Source: a virus (taxonomy: Duplodnaviria > Caudoviricetes). Taken from it: a DNA stretch of 25,466 nt. The notes below the pieces were generated by a model that searched no databases, was not told the DNA's origin, and was given only the letters and a program-made list of their open reading frames with translations. Shown piece after piece: positions 14,456-24,000 of this stretch. Every line of letters starts with the position of its first letter. The stretch's first letter is position 1. The stretch is taken from positions 1 through 25,466 of IMG/VR virus record IMGVR_UViG_3300049009_000469; one strand, given 5' to 3'. A program made the translations under genes and the position numbers.

Positions 14456-15753
14456 GACCATATCAGACTGAAGCCGCAACTTTTCTGGCCACGCACCCCC
14501 GCGCTATGGTTCTCGCCCCCGTAGGAGCCGGTAAGACGGCGATTACGTTGACTGCTATGCAAGCCTCACCTGTAAAGCGTTGGCTTGTCTTGGCACCCAA
14601 GCGAGTCGCTACAAGCGTATGGCCCGCCGAGGCGCTCAAGTGGGCACCCGATCTTGACTTAGCTGTGGCCGTGGGCACACCCGCGCAACGGTTAGCAGCC
14701 CTTGGCGCACGCGTCGTGGTGATCAATTACGACAACTTGCAATGGCTGGCTGCACAAGAGTTGGACTTTGACGGGATTGTGTTTGACGAATTGACACGGC
14801 TTAAAAACCCCTCGGGCGCGCGCTTCAAAGCGTTACTCAAAGTCATCGAACCTATGACGGTCAGGTGGGGCCTGACCGGATCGTTCACAAGTAACGGTCT
14901 AGAAGACGTATTTGGGCAGTGCAAGATCGTTGACCAGAGCTTGCTCGGGCGTAGTCAAGGTGCCTTTATGCAGACGTACTTTGTGTTGATCAACCCCGAG
15001 TACGGCGAGTGGATGCCAAGGCCCCACGCGCTACGCAATGTGATGACGCGTATCAAACCGGCGACTTACTTGCTTGAGCCTGGTGAGTACGCCGATAAGC
15101 TGCCGCCCTGCCACACGGTCGAGTTGCATTGCAACATGGAGATGGACAGGTACAAGGAAATGAAGAAAGAATTTGTGCTGCGCTTTGGCGACACGCAGAT
15201 TGCCGCAATTAACGCAGGTGTCGTAACTGGCAAACTGCAACAGATGGCTAGTGGCTTTATCTACGCCACTGACACATGGGCGGGCGAGAAGAGTTTTATC
15301 ACCACGTCCACCGGCATCTGGATGAGTCACCACAAGTTTAATTTACTTGACGATTTACTAGAGGAGAACCAACGTGCCAACACCATCGTCGCATACAGCT
15401 ACAAGGAGGAACTCGCCGAGCTCAAGCGCCGTTACCCCCACGCCGTCACCCTTGACGACAAGGACGCCATTGATCGCTGGAATGCGGGAAAAGTGGAGCT
15501 GTTACTTGTCCACCCCAAGTCAGCAGGGCACGGGCTTAACCTGCAACACGGCGGTTGCAGGATGGTCTTTCTGTCATTGCCTTGGAGCTTGGAACTCTAC
15601 GAACAAACCGTAGGGCGTATCCACCGGTCAGGCCAAGCGCACGACGTATGGGTGTATGTACTGCTCACCAACGATACCGTTGATGAGAAAATTTGGCGCG
15701 CGTTGCACGACAAGCGCGCTGTGTCTGATATTGCCTTGGAGGCTTTGAAATGA
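14446..15753 (+). CDS. SNF2-like SF2 helicase
   Basis: LRPYQ, GAGKT, FDEL, LTGS, SAGHGLNLQ and QTVGRIHRSGQ motifs. Confidence 0.93.
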   Translation: MELRPYQTEAATFLATHPRAMVLAPVGAGKTAITLTAMQASPVKRWLVLAPKRVATSVWPAEALKWAPDLDLAVAVGTPAQRLAALGARVVVINYDNLQWLAAQELDFDGIVFDELTRLKNPSGARFKALLKVIEPMTVRWGLTGSFTSNGLEDVFGQCKIVDQSLLGRSQGAFMQTYFVLINPEYGEWMPRPHALRNVMTRIKPATYLLEPGEYADKLPPCHTVELHCNMEMDRYKEMKKEFVLRFGDTQIAAINAGVVTGKLQQMASGFIYATDTWAGEKSFITTSTGIWMSHHKFNLLDDLLEENQRANTIVAYSYKEELAELKRRYPHAVTLDDKDAIDRWNAGKVELLLVHPKSAGHGLNLQHGGCRMVFLSLPWSLELYEQTVGRIHRSGQAHDVWVYVLLTNDTVDEKIWRALHDKRAVSDIALEALK

Positions 15754-15911
15754 AAGTTGAATTACTGCGAGCGCAACTGGCTGCTGCCAAATCCGCTTTG
15801 CTAACCCGACGAAAGATGATGAACGCCGCCACTCGCGCGTACAACCGCGTTTTTGTAACCGTTACTAAATTGGAGGAAAGATATGCAAATCACTTGGCGA
15901 AAACTAAATGA
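15750..15911 (+). CDS. Hypothetical protein (53 aa)
   Basis: Hand translation MKVELLRAQLAAAKSALLTRRKMMNAATRAYNRVFVTVTKLEERYANHLAKTK; GGAGG RBS and ATGA overlap. Confidence 0.7.
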   Translation: MKVELLRAQLAAAKSALLTRRKMMNAATRAYNRVFVTVTKLEERYANHLAKTK

Positions 15912-16074
15912 GCGCATGGCCACACTTACTGAAGAAGAAGTTGTGGATATGCTTGAATACGAACGCACCCACGACAAGCGTGTAAAGATGCTGCTGCGCT
16001 TGCACCAGCGCGCCAACAGTTTGCGTGTGGCCCGTGAACGAATTGAATTGTTAAAAGAGGCGGTACGACCATGA
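15883..16074 (+). CDS. Hypothetical protein (63 aa)
   Basis: GGAGG RBS; part of a coupled gene chain. Confidence 0.8.
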   Translation: MQITWRKLNERMATLTEEEVVDMLEYERTHDKRVKMLLRLHQRANSLRVARERIELLKEAVRP

Positions 16075-16328
16075 CAACGGCAGACAAGATAGTAGCCTTT
16101 TGCACCAAGCCCCGCACCGCTCAAGAGCTTGCAGACCATTGCAAAGTACAGCGCAGCAACATTTACGGCGCACTAGGGCGTATGCAGATGAAGGGCATCC
16201 TTAAACGCTTGGGCGATCGCACCGAGCGTGCTACGTACGTTCTGAATGAGCCGAGCCTAACCAAGATGAGCGACTATGAAAACTTGGTCATCAAGTATGC
16301 CCACAACCCTTTCGGACTACAACCATGA
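16071..16328 (+). CDS. Putative winged-helix DNA-binding protein (85 aa)
   Basis: PRTAQELADHCKVQRSNIYGALGRMQMKGIL fits a wHTH pattern. Confidence 0.7.
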   Translation: MTTADKIVAFCTKPRTAQELADHCKVQRSNIYGALGRMQMKGILKRLGDRTERATYVLNEPSLTKMSDYENLVIKYAHNPFGLQP

Positions 16329-16558
16329 AAGAACATAGAGAACTCCAGACATTGATCGACCAACTAGAAGCGCACATCAGAGAACAGGCCGAGCAGATCG
16401 ACAGCCTGCATAAAACAGTTGACCACCTGACTGAGCTTTCGGCTAAGTACGCTGACGAATTGATTAGGTTACGCCGAGCCATTACTGATGAGTTGAGCAT
16501 TGCCCGTGCGGCTGAGATATTCAACGATGGGTCGTTTAAGCAGCGGGGTGTGGAATGA
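16325..16558 (+). CDS. Hypothetical coiled-coil protein (77 aa)
   Basis: Heptad Leu pattern; ATGA overlaps at both ends. Confidence 0.75.
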   Translation: MKEHRELQTLIDQLEAHIREQAEQIDSLHKTVDHLTELSAKYADELIRLRRAITDELSIARAAEIFNDGSFKQRGVE

Positions 16559-16641
16559 ACCATAACGATTCTTTCATGCTCGGCTGGATTTGCGGCATGG
16601 TGACTTGCTTTTTGGTTTTGTATGGTACGGGGGCGATATGA
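16555..16641 (+). CDS. Small hydrophobic peptide (28 aa)
   Basis: MNHNDSFMLGWICGMVTCFLVLYGTGAI; ATGA overlaps at both ends. Confidence 0.6.
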   Translation: MNHNDSFMLGWICGMVTCFLVLYGTGAI

Positions 16642-16748
16642 AGATGCGCCATTACCGCAAACAGTTTTGGTATTTTTCTGAACTTGGCGTGTTTATGAAA
16701 TCGCACAACCGCAAAGTTATATTTCGCAAAGTCTATTACTTTTTTTGA
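16638..16748 (+). CDS. Small basic/aromatic peptide (36 aa)
   Basis: MKMRHYRKQFWYFSELGVFMKSHNRKVIFRKVYYFF; ATGA coupled, GGGGG upstream. Confidence 0.5.
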   Translation: MKMRHYRKQFWYFSELGVFMKSHNRKVIFRKVYYFF

Positions 16749-16757
16749 GGTGAAGAA

Positions 16758-16988
16758 ATGAACCGACTGGACACAATCATTGATGCGCTTGAGAACGCCG
16801 TATCAGAATGGCAAGGCGATTCAGATGAATTTGAAAAAGCCCTCACCGCCGCCCGTGAGTTGCGGGATTTGAAGCCTGTTGCGTGGGCAGTCTTGCGCCC
16901 CGATGGCAGGGTTAAATTGTTGTCGCATCAGCAGGGTGTTGAGGTTGATTTGAAGTGGACACCGTTGTATACAAAGGAGAAAGCATGA
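16758..16988 (+). CDS. Hypothetical protein (76 aa)
   Basis: GAGGTG RBS; KPVAW...TPLYT motif common in small phage ORFs. Confidence 0.75.
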   Translation: MNRLDTIIDALENAVSEWQGDSDEFEKALTAARELRDLKPVAWAVLRPDGRVKLLSHQQGVEVDLKWTPLYTKEKA

Positions 16989-17173
16989 CCGAGAACCAAA
17001 TCTACAAACAGATCATCGAGAACCTTGCACAGATTGACGATGACATTGCCAGGCTGCGCCAGCAACACCTGATGCTGCGCGTGGACATTCAAATCCTACT
17101 GGAAAAATATGAAACACCTTTACGCGGTAGCCGCCCTCAAATTAAGGACGATGGGGTACAGCGCCGACTCTGA
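16985..17173 (+). CDS. Hypothetical coiled-coil protein (62 aa)
   Basis: Start moved to the ATG at 16985 (AAGGAG RBS, ATGA overlap). Confidence 0.7.
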   Translation: MTENQIYKQIIENLAQIDDDIARLRQQHLMLRVDIQILLEKYETPLRGSRPQIKDDGVQRRL

Positions 17174-17375
17174 GGGGGCGGTATTAGCGTCTGCGGCAAG
17201 GGTGTTGGGCGGTGGCCCCACAAACCCTAGAGCGCTCCTAGAGGCGTTCATAGCGTCGGTGCCGCCCAAGCTAGTCAAGGGGGCGTATCAGATGCCCTTG
17301 GCGCTTAAGATCGCAGCACGCAGGGCAGAAAAAGAACAAGTCACAATCATCACAATCGGAGGCAGGAATGTTTGA
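17109..17375 (+). CDS. Hypothetical protein (88 aa)
   Basis: ORF within the co-directional chain. Confidence 0.65.
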   Translation: MKHLYAVAALKLRTMGYSADSEGAVLASAARVLGGGPTNPRALLEAFIASVPPKLVKGAYQMPLALKIAARRAEKEQVTIITIGGRNV

Positions 17376-17553
17376 GGAATTTATGATGTGGATTTACGGG
17401 TCAATGGCGCTCTTTGTGTGGGCGTGTATGTGGCTCTTTGAAACTCGCCCTAAGAAGCACGTTTTTCCACCCGAGTGGATTTGCGACGGGTGTGGCCAAG
17501 TCTGTAGTGAACTCAAGGAGGGGTATTGTGAATACTGCGCTGAAAAATATTGA
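17368..17553 (+). CDS. Small protein with N-terminal TM segment and CxxC...CxxC Zn-ribbon
   Basis: GGAGG RBS; hydrophobic N-terminus; CDGC...CEYC. Confidence 0.7.
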   Translation: MFEEFMMWIYGSMALFVWACMWLFETRPKKHVFPPEWICDGCGQVCSELKEGYCEYCAEKY

Positions 17554-17665
17554 ACGTACTAGCGCCAACTGGACAGGGCGTACAACGCGCTCTTACTTCA
17601 AGGGACGCTACGTCTGTGCGTACATCCCCTTGTGGCGCCGGATTCTTATGCGAATACTGAGATAA
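17528..17665 (+). CDS. Possible small basic protein (45 aa, GTG start)
   Basis: AAGGAGG at 17516-17522 precedes the GTG at 17528. It overlaps the endolysin 3' end by 20 nt. Confidence 0.45.
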   Translation: MNTALKNIERTSANWTGRTTRSYFKGRYVCAYIPLWRRILMRILR

Positions 17666-18254
17666 GGCGTGAGTAACGCATTTGGCGGTCATCCAATCCG
17701 TTTGTACCGCCGTTGACGCGCACCGTCATGCCGACGATATCCTTGTTGTCAGCAAGCGCATTCAAGCCATTGCTCGACCAAAACCAACCCGCCGATAGCG
17801 CCGCTAGTTCGACCTCGGCGACTAGGTCGGGATTAACTAAGGCTTCGTTGTTTGCCTCAAGTGAAAACGCTGCATACGCATCTTTTCCAGTTAGTTGGAT
17901 CAACCCTCGACCTCGGTACGCCCACCCGTCACCACTGGCTTCATCGCCGTTACCCATGCGGTCAGCGTAGGCGCGGTTTGCAATCCTTTCGGGCTGCATG
18001 GCGTAACTTTCAGCAACGCCTGGGGGGAATCGGGATGGCCAGACGCGCGTCAACGCTTCGGCTCGGTAGTTGAGATTCTCGACTGTAAAGCGCAGCCCAC
18101 CGGACTCATGCCCGACTTGCGCCAAGAACCCTGCGATTCTTTCGGGCGTATTTATATAAAAGTTATCACATGTATAGCGCAGTGGGATGCACCATTTCTC
18201 GGCGAGTAGCGGTGTGCAAGTCTGTGATTGCACCAACAACGCCTCTGTAATCAT
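17646..18254 (-). CDS. Endolysin, glycoside hydrolase family 19
   Basis: FLAQVGHESG, ENLNY, IANRAYADRMGNG, YRGRGLIQLTGK, AGWFW, VNGGTNGLDDR. Confidence 0.93.
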   Translation of the reverse strand: MITEALLVQSQTCTPLLAEKWCIPLRYTCDNFYINTPERIAGFLAQVGHESGGLRFTVENLNYRAEALTRVWPSRFPPGVAESYAMQPERIANRAYADRMGNGDEASGDGWAYRGRGLIQLTGKDAYAAFSLEANNEALVNPDLVAEVELAALSAGWFWSSNGLNALADNKDIVGMTVRVNGGTNGLDDRQMRYSRLISVFA

Positions 18255-18616
18255 TTCTTTTGTGCGTAAAACAAAGTGCGATCCCCGAACAAATAAAAAC
18301 CCACGGCGCTAGCGAAATTGTTAACTGCGCTATTGTCTTGGCCTGAGAGCATCATGTATGACCAAGTACCCAACACAATGGCACCCACAGCGGGGCGCAT
18401 GAGGCGCACAACGCTCTCCACCCACGGATAGGTAGTACCGCCGGCACCTGCGTTATTCATTGCCTTGAACATCTCTAGGTCGGTGTTCCGCATCTGCGTG
18501 TACTCAGCGACGTTGGTCGGTTTGTAAACGTCGGTTTGGATGAATCGCCCGATCAAGGACTTGCCGAGGTCAACGGCGAGTGGGCCAAGCGCAGCAAGTA
18601 GCGTAATCGGATCCAT
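18251..18616 (-). CDS. Putative holin-like membrane protein
   Basis: Hydrophobic segments and W...RLMRP / FYLFGDR motifs reminiscent of 3-TM GTA-type holins; adjacent to the endolysin. Confidence 0.6.
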   Translation of the reverse strand: MDPITLLAALGPLAVDLGKSLIGRFIQTDVYKPTNVAEYTQMRNTDLEMFKAMNNAGAGGTTYPWVESVVRLMRPAVGAIVLGTWSYMMLSGQDNSAVNNFASAVGFYLFGDRTLFYAQKK

Positions 18617-18870
18617 TATTTGTCTGCCTTTGAATCAATCTTGTCGTAGAGTCGAGCAATCATCTGTTCAACACGATCAAAACGTTTGTCCATCTCAGTC
18701 TTGAGCGTGTCGAGTTCAGACTTCTTGACGTAGGAGTCGCTGACGTGCAACTTCAAGTCAGCAATGTCCGTTTTGAGTTCTTTGACTGAATCCCACAATT
18801 GACGGCAAAACCAACCGCCAATCGCTAAGAGTGATCCCGCACCAAAATTGATTAGGTTTTGCCAGTCCAT
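18616..18870 (-). CDS. Small membrane protein (TM + coiled coil), lysis-associated
   Basis: N-terminal hydrophobic helix followed by a charged coiled coil; first gene of the lysis cassette. Confidence 0.6.
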   Translation of the reverse strand: MDWQNLINFGAGSLLAIGGWFCRQLWDSVKELKTDIADLKLHVSDSYVKKSELDTLKTEMDKRFDRVEQMIARLYDKIDSKADK

Positions 18871-21386
18871 TAGTCTTCTCTTAATTTGTTGCGGTTTTGG
18901 TTAGCAGTCAAATTGTTGCGAATTGCGCCTTGAGTTTTAGGCCCTTGACGTTTGCCTGAAGTGTCGGCACGCAATTTTACCAACTGATCCTCTAGCAAGT
19001 CTAAGGTAGTTTTCATTTGACCGCTAGCCTCCTCTGCTTGACGCGCCAACTCAGCGTTTTGAGCAGCACTAGCCCGAGCATTCATCATCTCAGGGCTGCG
19101 CGAGCGGATAGCCGCCTCATCAAGCGCAAGTGATTTTTGACGCGCCGTCACAACCGCCTCTTCAACCCACTTACGATCTAACATTCGGCTGACAATTTCT
19201 TTGTCGCTGAGTGTTTTAAAACTTGGGTCAACTTCAGCAATGTAAAGTTTGGTTTTATCAAACGCTATTTTTTCAGCGGCAGATAAACTAAACTTTTGAT
19301 TAGCAGCAACTTTGTCAACAGCCGTTTTAAGCGTTGACATATAGTTTTGAAATGTTTCAGGCGTAGCACCTTTGATGCCTTGGCTAACCGGCACAAGTTT
19401 TCCGCTAATAGGGTCTAGGTCAAACAACATACCTCCACCTGCTGCCGCGCGAGGCGCAGCCGACTCAGCAGCAAGTGCTTGAGCCTCGGCCATTTGAGCC
19501 ATGCGGGTTTGCCGCGCATCTTCTGCACGCCGTCTAGCAATAACGTCTGCGGGAGTGTCATTACCAATTTGCCGTTGGTTAAAAAATGGTGAGCTAGGAT
19601 TAATATCAGCGCGGTCAACCAAGGGTTCGGCTTTACCAAACACAAAGTTAGGCCGAATCTCAGGTTCAAGCAATGCGTTGCGCGGGTCAAACGGTACGAT
19701 ATTGGTTGCGTTAGGCGCGGGTTGAGCGCCAGGCGTCACAGGACGTAAGTTGTTGACCGGAAACGGCGCGGGGCGGTAATCAGGCGCTACAGCATTTTTA
19801 GCTTGAAACCCAGGCGTTAGCATATTTTTTGCTATTGCACGTTTACCAAGTTCGCTTATTGTGCTACCTAAAGCCATACCGGCGGCTGCACCAGGCAAGT
19901 TGCCCAAAGCGCCTCCAATTACGCTGCCGAGCATTGGCAACGCAGAAGCGCGGGTAAGCCTAGGAAGTGTCCAACCACCTTTACCCATTGGGTTTAAGGC
20001 ATCAGGGAAATTGGCGGCAATTAAACCAATGTCGCGCGCAACACCTGAGATAGGTCTTTTGTCGCCTACCATCTTGGCTAAGACGCGGGGGTCTGGGATG
20101 CCTGTCGCAAGATCAGTTGCTTCTTCTAATTGATACAACTTGGCTTGTGCGGTACGCGCTTTCAAAAACGCATCACGATCCTTAATAACCGGCAAGTTAT
20201 CCGTTAAAACGCCTTCAAGAATGTCCGCAGCTTTCATTATGGCGTCAGCTTCACGACGCTCAAGAGGTGTAAGAGGGTCTTTCTTGCGGTATATGTCTTG
20301 CGCTTCTTTACGCAATTGTTGAACGCTAGACAAAAATCTTTTTCCGTCGCCGCCTGCTAAAACATCCGCTTTAAGATTATCTAAGCGTTGTGCGATATGC
20401 AAAGTGTCGCTGCTTTTTTCACCAATTAAAGCGCCGCGTTTTATAGCTTCTAAATCATCTAGCGTAGTTGCACCAATTTGTACACTAGGAATAGCTTTAA
20501 CTTTTTCGTAAGGCTGCGTTATTTCAGGCGCGGCATGGGCTTCTTTAAAGGTTGCTTCGTTTAATACTTTTGTAGGGGGAATACCAACTTCTTCTTTAAG
20601 CGCAACGGTAACTTTAGGCTGATTTTGTTCAGCCATCATGTTTGATACGTTGCGCTCACCCACAATAGCGCCGCGCACTTTAGCACCGGTAGTGGGGTTA
20701 GACACTTCAGGGTCAATCGCCAAACCGTATTTGTTTACGGCTAAATCCGACGCTTCAATGCGCGCGGCGTTTTCGTAACTGTTGGCAAGATTTGTAGCTG
20801 CTGTTTTTTCGCGTGAGGCTTTTACCGCAGGTATTTCGCCAACAACGCCTTTTAAATAGCTTGCTTCATTTTTAATTGCACTTGGCAATTGTCGAGCAGC
20901 AGCGGGCGCAAGTGCAGCAACGGTTGAACCTTGTGCAAAAGGAATGGCGTTAAAATCTACGCCTTGTAATTTCTCACCGGCGTAGTTAATGATGTCTTGG
21001 GCGGTTTGGGTCTGCGGTGTGTAGGTAAGCGCGTCTTCAACATTTTTACCAAAACGTGCGCCTTGAGCGCGTCCTTGAGGGGTGTTTACGCCACCCAAAT
21101 ATTCACCGGCTACAGCAGCAAAAGGAGCTACAGCCCCTTTAACCATAGCCGTCCCTGCCGTCATCGCGGTTTCAGGGATGCCCATTACATAGTCCATCAC
21201 GCCTCGACTAGGCGCGCGCGAAGAAGGTATTGCATCCGGTTGACGGATAACTTGACCTTGAGCGTTAAGTTGTGGCACGGCGCTGCCGTATTGTGGTTGC
21301 GCTTCTTTTGCTACTTTTGCCAAAAAAGCGTCTGGGTCGAACGGAGCAATTTTTGCTAAAAAAGCATCAGGATCAAATGCGCCCAT
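18870..21386 (-). CDS. Putative DNA ejection / internal virion protein (838 aa)
   Basis: Large Ala-rich, Cys-free helical protein with Gly/Ala hydrophobic stretches. Third of three genes in the P22 gp7-gp20-gp16-like position; function inferred from position. Confidence 0.6.
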   Translation of the reverse strand: MGAFDPDAFLAKIAPFDPDAFLAKVAKEAQPQYGSAVPQLNAQGQVIRQPDAIPSSRAPSRGVMDYVMGIPETAMTAGTAMVKGAVAPFAAVAGEYLGGVNTPQGRAQGARFGKNVEDALTYTPQTQTAQDIINYAGEKLQGVDFNAIPFAQGSTVAALAPAAARQLPSAIKNEASYLKGVVGEIPAVKASREKTAATNLANSYENAARIEASDLAVNKYGLAIDPEVSNPTTGAKVRGAIVGERNVSNMMAEQNQPKVTVALKEEVGIPPTKVLNEATFKEAHAAPEITQPYEKVKAIPSVQIGATTLDDLEAIKRGALIGEKSSDTLHIAQRLDNLKADVLAGGDGKRFLSSVQQLRKEAQDIYRKKDPLTPLERREADAIMKAADILEGVLTDNLPVIKDRDAFLKARTAQAKLYQLEEATDLATGIPDPRVLAKMVGDKRPISGVARDIGLIAANFPDALNPMGKGGWTLPRLTRASALPMLGSVIGGALGNLPGAAAGMALGSTISELGKRAIAKNMLTPGFQAKNAVAPDYRPAPFPVNNLRPVTPGAQPAPNATNIVPFDPRNALLEPEIRPNFVFGKAEPLVDRADINPSSPFFNQRQIGNDTPADVIARRRAEDARQTRMAQMAEAQALAAESAAPRAAAGGGMLFDLDPISGKLVPVSQGIKGATPETFQNYMSTLKTAVDKVAANQKFSLSAAEKIAFDKTKLYIAEVDPSFKTLSDKEIVSRMLDRKWVEEAVVTARQKSLALDEAAIRSRSPEMMNARASAAQNAELARQAEEASGQMKTTLDLLEDQLVKLRADTSGKRQGPKTQGAIRNNLTANQNRNKLRED

Positions 21387-22984
21387 TATTTAGCCCCAAA
21401 ATGTTGTTTGATTTGCGCTGCGCGGGGGTCTTTAGGATTTGAGTTTGCCCAATCCATAGCGGCTTTTATTTCTGCGTTATCAGCAATATCACCAGTTTTG
21501 GCAGGAGTGTTAGCAGAAGCGCCGCTTTCACTTCGGTTAGCGCGACGCTTAACAAAATTTTCTATGTTGTCAATATTTTTAATATTGGTTTCATACGCAG
21601 TTTTAGGATTAGTCAGCGAATCAATCCAAGTTTTAAGTTCCATGTTGCTGTTTAATTCTTGCGCTGACATTCCAGTTGCGTTTTTGATAGATTGCAACAA
21701 ACGCAAATTAGAACTTTTTATGTTGTCGCGCAGACCTTGTTCAGATGTGCCAAACACTTTCCCAAAGAATTGACCTGTATCAGATGCTTGCGTAGACGCG
21801 CCAAGGTTAGATACCCCACTCCGCGCGGTGCTTGGAATTGCTTCAGCTTCATTTAACTTGCCGTAAGCAAATCGTAAATTATCCAACTCACCTTTAAGCG
21901 CGTCTTCGGCGCCGATAATTTTTTGCTCACGCAATGCTGCGGTAGGTTCTTTACCCGCCACGCCGATAACTCCTGGCGCGCGCTCACCTTTAGCGTTTAC
22001 GCTGCCACCCCTGTATTCGTTTACGTTAATTGTGATCATACGTTTATCATTAGTAGGATCAACAATATCTTTGTAAACAGGCGCAGCACCACGTACCGTT
22101 GCAAGAGCAGGGGCGGGCACATTTGCAGCAACAACTGGCGCGTTAGGGTTCATTGAATTTACATTAGCTGCGCCAAGTGTTAAGTTATTGACCACCCCGC
22201 CACTTCCGCTAGTAGGTGCGTTAAGCGTAGCCGACGCGCTGCTAGGCGAAATGTCTATTGTCATAGGCGGGGATTGTATTCCCATAGGCACCCATTGACC
22301 CGTGCGCTTGTCGCGTCGATGCTCTACTTCAATAGTTCGTTTAGGATCATTTGGGTCTTGTATTAAAAATGGTTTACTTTCGCCACCAAAGTCTAATTCG
22401 TTTTTAAATCTATTTTCAGCAACTGTTGCGTTACGATGCCCAGGCGCTGCCGCAATGTTTGCGTTCTTGGTAGCGTTTTGTAGCTGCAAATCTTGCTTAA
22501 TAAACTCGCCAATCCCCATAGCAGATTTATTAATCGCCGTACTTAACCCTTCTTTAGCCACGGTAGCGCGCGCATTGGCCAATGCCTTTTCAGGTGTGAT
22601 ACCCATTTGGGTTAAATGCGCTGCAATGGCGGGGTTATTAAAACTTGACTGAACCCAGTTGTAATACCCTGCTTCGTCGTTTACGTTTGTTAACCCGACT
22701 CTGGCGTTATCATATTCTTTGCCAAGGGTCACCACGTCGCGCGAACGTCTTTCGCTTTCTTGGCCTAATATTTTTTGCCCTTGCATTGGCGCGCGCGACA
22801 ATAACCGCTGACGATCTTCAGCTTTGTTAATGTCCCCGCCTTGCGCGTAAAAATCCCGCAACGCATTATTGCTTTCGTTTTCTTGTTGCAATTGACGCAA
22901 TTGCATCATCTGCCCCATTTGGGCAAGCATATTTGGTTGCTCAATGGGCTTTACGCCTAAAGCAATATTGGTGTCGAGTGCCAT
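21386..22984 (-). CDS. Putative DNA ejection / internal virion protein (532 aa)
   Basis: Gln/Asn/Ala-rich, Cys-free; second of the trio. Confidence 0.6.
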   Translation of the reverse strand: MALDTNIALGVKPIEQPNMLAQMGQMMQLRQLQQENESNNALRDFYAQGGDINKAEDRQRLLSRAPMQGQKILGQESERRSRDVVTLGKEYDNARVGLTNVNDEAGYYNWVQSSFNNPAIAAHLTQMGITPEKALANARATVAKEGLSTAINKSAMGIGEFIKQDLQLQNATKNANIAAAPGHRNATVAENRFKNELDFGGESKPFLIQDPNDPKRTIEVEHRRDKRTGQWVPMGIQSPPMTIDISPSSASATLNAPTSGSGGVVNNLTLGAANVNSMNPNAPVVAANVPAPALATVRGAAPVYKDIVDPTNDKRMITINVNEYRGGSVNAKGERAPGVIGVAGKEPTAALREQKIIGAEDALKGELDNLRFAYGKLNEAEAIPSTARSGVSNLGASTQASDTGQFFGKVFGTSEQGLRDNIKSSNLRLLQSIKNATGMSAQELNSNMELKTWIDSLTNPKTAYETNIKNIDNIENFVKRRANRSESGASANTPAKTGDIADNAEIKAAMDWANSNPKDPRAAQIKQHFGAK

Positions 22985-22997
22985 GATTATTTCCTGT

Positions 22998-23999
22998 TTA
23001 AGGCGCCCCGCCTAAACCACCGGCAGAGCCATTACGATCTCTAAGAATATTCAGCATCTGATTCTGATAATACTGATTGCTTACGTTGCTGATGCCCTGA
23101 TTTAAAGCATTGGCTTGACCGACATACCCCGCCGCCGTGGCGTTAGCCCCGCTTTGCAACGCATTGGTGGCGTTCGTACCGTACGCGCCATACGCCCCTG
23201 ACACGCCTTGACCGTAATTGCCATAAGCCGTGTTAGCCCCTTGACCTTGCGCGCCGTAGGCACCCGATACGCCTTGACCGTAGTTGCTAATTGCTTGCCC
23301 ACCGGCGGTGCCATAATTGGTGTTGGCTTGACCTTGCATAGCCGCAGCGTTTTGACCGGCAGCAGCGCCCATTTGAAAAGGTTGCAAGGTGTTGCCACGG
23401 GTGGTCTGGTAGCGGTTAAAAGCGTTTTGATATTCTTGTGACGCTTGGTCACCGGCATAGCCTGATGCTGCCTTTAAGGCGTTGCCTGAAATCAATCCAC
23501 CACGGGCAGCAGCTTGGCGGTCAAGACCTTTTAATCCCTCGCTTAAACGAAAAGCGTAGCCTGGGTCAACGCCTTTTGCAAACATTTCAGGCGTAAATTC
23601 AGCGGTGGCGTATTTGCCGTAATCGGCTGCTCCGGTATTGCCGCCAAGACCCAACAGCGTGTTGAGTTGGTTGACATTGGCAGTACCCGCCTCACGATAC
23701 GGCGCGAAGTCTGCACGACTTTGCTGATAGACTTGTGTTTGAAGAGCCAATTGCTGATCAAGCGCATCACGTTGGGCAAGCAGTTGCTTATCAACAATTG
23801 CGCCTTGCGAGGCAATCTGTTTGTCGAGTGCTTCTTTTTGGGCTGCAATTTGGTCTACCGACGTTTGGTAGGCAAGTTCGGCAGATTTTTCTGCGGCTTG
23901 AGATTGAACCTTAGAAGCGTTGCCTGATGCTTGCGATGACAAATACGCGCCGCCTAACGCTGCTGCACCCCCAATAACTGCTGCGGTAATTCCAGCCAT
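22998..23999 (-). CDS. Putative DNA transfer (pilot/ejection) protein (333 aa)
   Basis: Hydrophobic Ala/Gly N-terminus, FAPYREAG, DPGYAFRL, AAARGGLISGNALKA, ASQEYQNAFNR, a pattern typical of P22 gp7-like proteins. Confidence 0.75.
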   Translation of the reverse strand: MAGITAAVIGGAAALGGAYLSSQASGNASKVQSQAAEKSAELAYQTSVDQIAAQKEALDKQIASQGAIVDKQLLAQRDALDQQLALQTQVYQQSRADFAPYREAGTANVNQLNTLLGLGGNTGAADYGKYATAEFTPEMFAKGVDPGYAFRLSEGLKGLDRQAAARGGLISGNALKAASGYAGDQASQEYQNAFNRYQTTRGNTLQPFQMGAAAGQNAAAMQGQANTNYGTAGGQAISNYGQGVSGAYGAQGQGANTAYGNYGQGVSGAYGAYGTNATNALQSGANATAAGYVGQANALNQGISNVSNQYYQNQMLNILRDRNGSAGGLGGAP

Positions 24000-24000
24000 A

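Noticed and set aside
17560-17638. Possible three-way RNA junction (GCGCCA/TGGCGC, AGGGCG/CGCTCT, CAAGGG/CCCTTG); hammerhead considered
   Set aside because: It lacks the CUGANGA and GAAA core, the stems are short, and the region is explained by a 45-codon ORF with a strong RBS.
6555-23999. The many other short ORFs in the track nested in or antisense to long genes
   Set aside because: No RBS or family motifs; expected shadow ORFs of fairly GC-rich coding DNA.
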